Made by a program: the position numbers and the translations under genes. A stretch of 64,000 nucleotides of DNA from Chlamydiota bacterium (GTDB lineage Bacteria > Chlamydiota > Chlamydiia > Chlamydiales > FEN-1388). Below, piece by piece: positions 62,127 to 64,000 of the stretch. Location: positions 7,245 to 71,244 of the forward strand of contig JABDDE010000001.1 in NCBI GenBank assembly GCA_013287775.1, written 5' to 3'. Each line of letters opens with the position of its first letter. Position 1 is the first letter of the stretch. The notes beneath the pieces are model-generated. The model ran no database searches, had not been told where the DNA came from, and saw only the letters and a program-made list of their open reading frames with translations.

Positions 62127-62280
62127 CGTGTAAAATCCTTAATTATGAGACATAAGATTATGAGAGCATAAGTATAGCAAGAGGACGAATTCATGTCATG
62201 GGATAAATGGAGCGATGCTAAAAAAACCGTGCATAAAAAAGTAAAAACAGGTATGATGTAAGACAATTAAGGAGAAGATT

Positions 62281-62736
62281 ATGGAAGCGATAACCGTATC
62301 ATGGGATGCAATACTTGCAGTGGTAATGTCAATGCTGATTCTACCGACATTGGCATTTTTAGGATTTATTCGCCGAGAAATCAAAGACTGGAAAAACGAA
62401 ATGAAAGCAGACTCTGTAGCGCTGCGCAGTGAAATGAAAGCAGAATCTGCAGCGCTACGCGACGAAATAAAAGCAGAGTCTACAGCGCTGCGCCAAGAAG
62501 TATCTGTGTGGAGGCAAGAAACACGAGAGGAGACGGCAGCAATATGGCAAGAAAGAGATCGACAAGATCAAAAGATCGATCAGCAAGCGCAAAGGATCGA
62601 TCAGCAAGCACATAGGATAGACCAACAGATACAACAACAGGCACTGAGAATGGATCAACAAGCAAGACGGGCAGATCAGCAGTATGAGATGTTTATGGCG
62701 CTTGTAGGAAAACGTCCTACTCAATCTGAACCATAA
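62281..62736 (+). CDS. Membrane-anchored coiled-coil protein with internal tandem repeats
   Basis: AAGGAG RBS and one TM. It has an 11-aa repeat (EMKADSVALRS x3) and a 7-aa repeat (QRIDQQA x~6). Confidence 0.55.
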   Translation: MEAITVSWDAILAVVMSMLILPTLAFLGFIRREIKDWKNEMKADSVALRSEMKAESAALRDEIKAESTALRQEVSVWRQETREETAAIWQERDRQDQKIDQQAQRIDQQAHRIDQQIQQQALRMDQQARRADQQYEMFMALVGKRPTQSEP

Positions 62737-62747
62737 TATAATGCACA

Positions 62748-63656
62748 ATGTTTTGGCTGGTTATTTTATTATACGCATTATTTGCGAGCATCTTCACGAT
62801 TTCAAAGCAAAGTCTTTTTTGTGCAGAGCCCTATTTTTTGGTTGGGACGAGAATGGCCATTGCTGGAATCCTTATGTTGGGATTTCAGGCCCTTCGATGT
62901 AGAAAAGAACTGATCATTAAAAAGGGGACAATACTAAGGCTTTGCAGCCTTGCCTTTTTTAATATTTACATCACCAATACATCGGAGTTTTGGGGGCTCA
63001 AGCACTTAACTTCTTTTAAAACTTGTTTTATCTATAGCCTGTCGCCTTTTGTGGCAGCCTTGCTTTCTTTCCTTTTTTTCAAAGAAAAACTACACTATAA
63101 GAAATGGATAGGTCTTGCAGTTGGCTTTTGTGGTCTTTTGCCGGTGCTTCTCAGTCATACAAGTCTTGAAGAAGCAGCGGGTAGCCTGTGGGTATTTTCA
63201 CGGGCAGAACTGGCGGTTGTGGTGGCGGCCATTTCTGGGGTATATGGCTGGATGGTGCTCAAGCAGCTCGTGCAAGAAAATGGCTATAGTCCTATCACTG
63301 CCAATGGGTATTCGATGCTTTTTGGAGGGGTGCTTGCGCTCAGCCATTCTTTGATAGTAGAAGAGTGGACACCGATTCCTGTGACCGATGTGTGGCCTTT
63401 TGTGGGATGCACCTTCTTTTTAATTGCTATTTCGAATTGTATCTGCTATAACCTATATGGGCACTTACTGAAGACCTTTTCAGCAACATTTATGTCCTTT
63501 GCAGGGTTAACCACGCCACTTTTTACCGTGTTTTTTGGCTATTTGGTTCATGGAGAGGTAACGAACATGAGCTTTTGGGTATCCTTTTCGATTGTGGCGA
63601 GTGGATTACTCCTATTTTACCTTGAAGAGTTGAAAAAGAAAGCGATTCAAATATGA
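62748..63656 (+). CDS. EamA/DMT-superfamily transporter
   Basis: 10 TM segments in two EamA-like halves, 302 aa. Confidence 0.8.
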   Translation: MFWLVILLYALFASIFTISKQSLFCAEPYFLVGTRMAIAGILMLGFQALRCRKELIIKKGTILRLCSLAFFNIYITNTSEFWGLKHLTSFKTCFIYSLSPFVAALLSFLFFKEKLHYKKWIGLAVGFCGLLPVLLSHTSLEEAAGSLWVFSRAELAVVVAAISGVYGWMVLKQLVQENGYSPITANGYSMLFGGVLALSHSLIVEEWTPIPVTDVWPFVGCTFFLIAISNCICYNLYGHLLKTFSATFMSFAGLTTPLFTVFFGYLVHGEVTNMSFWVSFSIVASGLLLFYLEELKKKAIQI

Positions 63657-64000
63657 TAGCATCACTTGCACAGACTCAAAATTTTGGGTTTCAAGACTCT
63701 GGATTTGCAATACGTCGTTTTCAAGCGATTTCTCGTAAATACCTTTTTTTTCATTTCTTATTTATAGGACTCGTTGTTGTTGAGCTCCTCTTTTTAGCTC
63801 TTTTTCTCCATCCTCTTATTGCATTTCACTGTATTGGCATAGCTGTAGGCTCTATTTTCTTTACGTGCTTGATGTACGCTCTTCTTAGGCTCTATTTTCA
63901 GGAGCAAAAGAATGAAGAATTTATACAACTCAAAAATGCCATCTTAGAGAGAAGTTCGGCTATTGTCGATACGGCATTTGGTATAGCTGATGCCTTGAAA
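63653..64000 (+). CDS. Hypothetical membrane protein, 5' partial (runs off the window)
   Basis: The ATG at 63653 overlaps the upstream TGA (ATGA). The frame stays open to the window end (116 codons, read by hand) with two hydrophobic segments. Confidence 0.4.
   Translation, partial: MIASLAQTQNFGFQDSGFAIRRFQAISRKYLFFHFLFIGLVVVELLFLALFLHPLIAFHCIGIAVGSIFFTCLMYALLRLYFQEQKNEEFIQLKNAILERSSAIVDTAFGIADALK

Overview
This 64-kb window reads like chromosome from an environmental, amoeba-symbiont-type member of the Chlamydiae. Supporting genes are an ADP/ATP translocase (NTT), UhpC, a ~1080-aa chlamydial-type PBP2, MurA, Tsp protease, a tandem-HTH Euo-like regulator and TopA-DprA. There are also many eukaryote-like or effector-like proteins: LRR, HEAT, OTU-like, Stealth, UAP-like pyrophosphorylase, BNR/sialidase-like and two GNAT-like orphans. 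I call about 50 CDS, 3 tRNAs (Ala-GGC, Gly-TCC, Met-CAT) and 2 gene remnants. Many N-termini in the supplied ORF track run through TTG/GTG starts or repeats, and I trimmed them. The most unusual content is intergenic, where at least five families of structured repeats occur. (1) A ~40-bp perfect hairpin (PE-1) occurs >=15 times, once in frame inside a gene, and several times it supplies start or stop regions. (2) BIME-like mosaics of ~65-bp hairpin modules include a 1.2-kb ORF-free cluster with overall inverted symmetry. (3) There are ~420-460-bp foldback elements. Their arm also forms inverted 98-bp tandem arrays that bracket a lone GxxExxY (PD-(D/E)XK-type) nuclease gene. (4) A 190-bp foldback MITE occurs. 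(5) A CCAGGGC-hairpin family occurs. Other points of interest are a 15-codon uORF plus hairpin overlapping the murA start, a NifS/NifU-like pair lacking key catalytic residues and fused to a bat operon, a VIT/P1B-4 ATPase metal-export pair, and a tRNA-Met-linked island remnant. I saw no rRNA, CRISPR, transposase, integrase or phage genes. All family calls rest on motifs read by eye; no database search or computation was possible.
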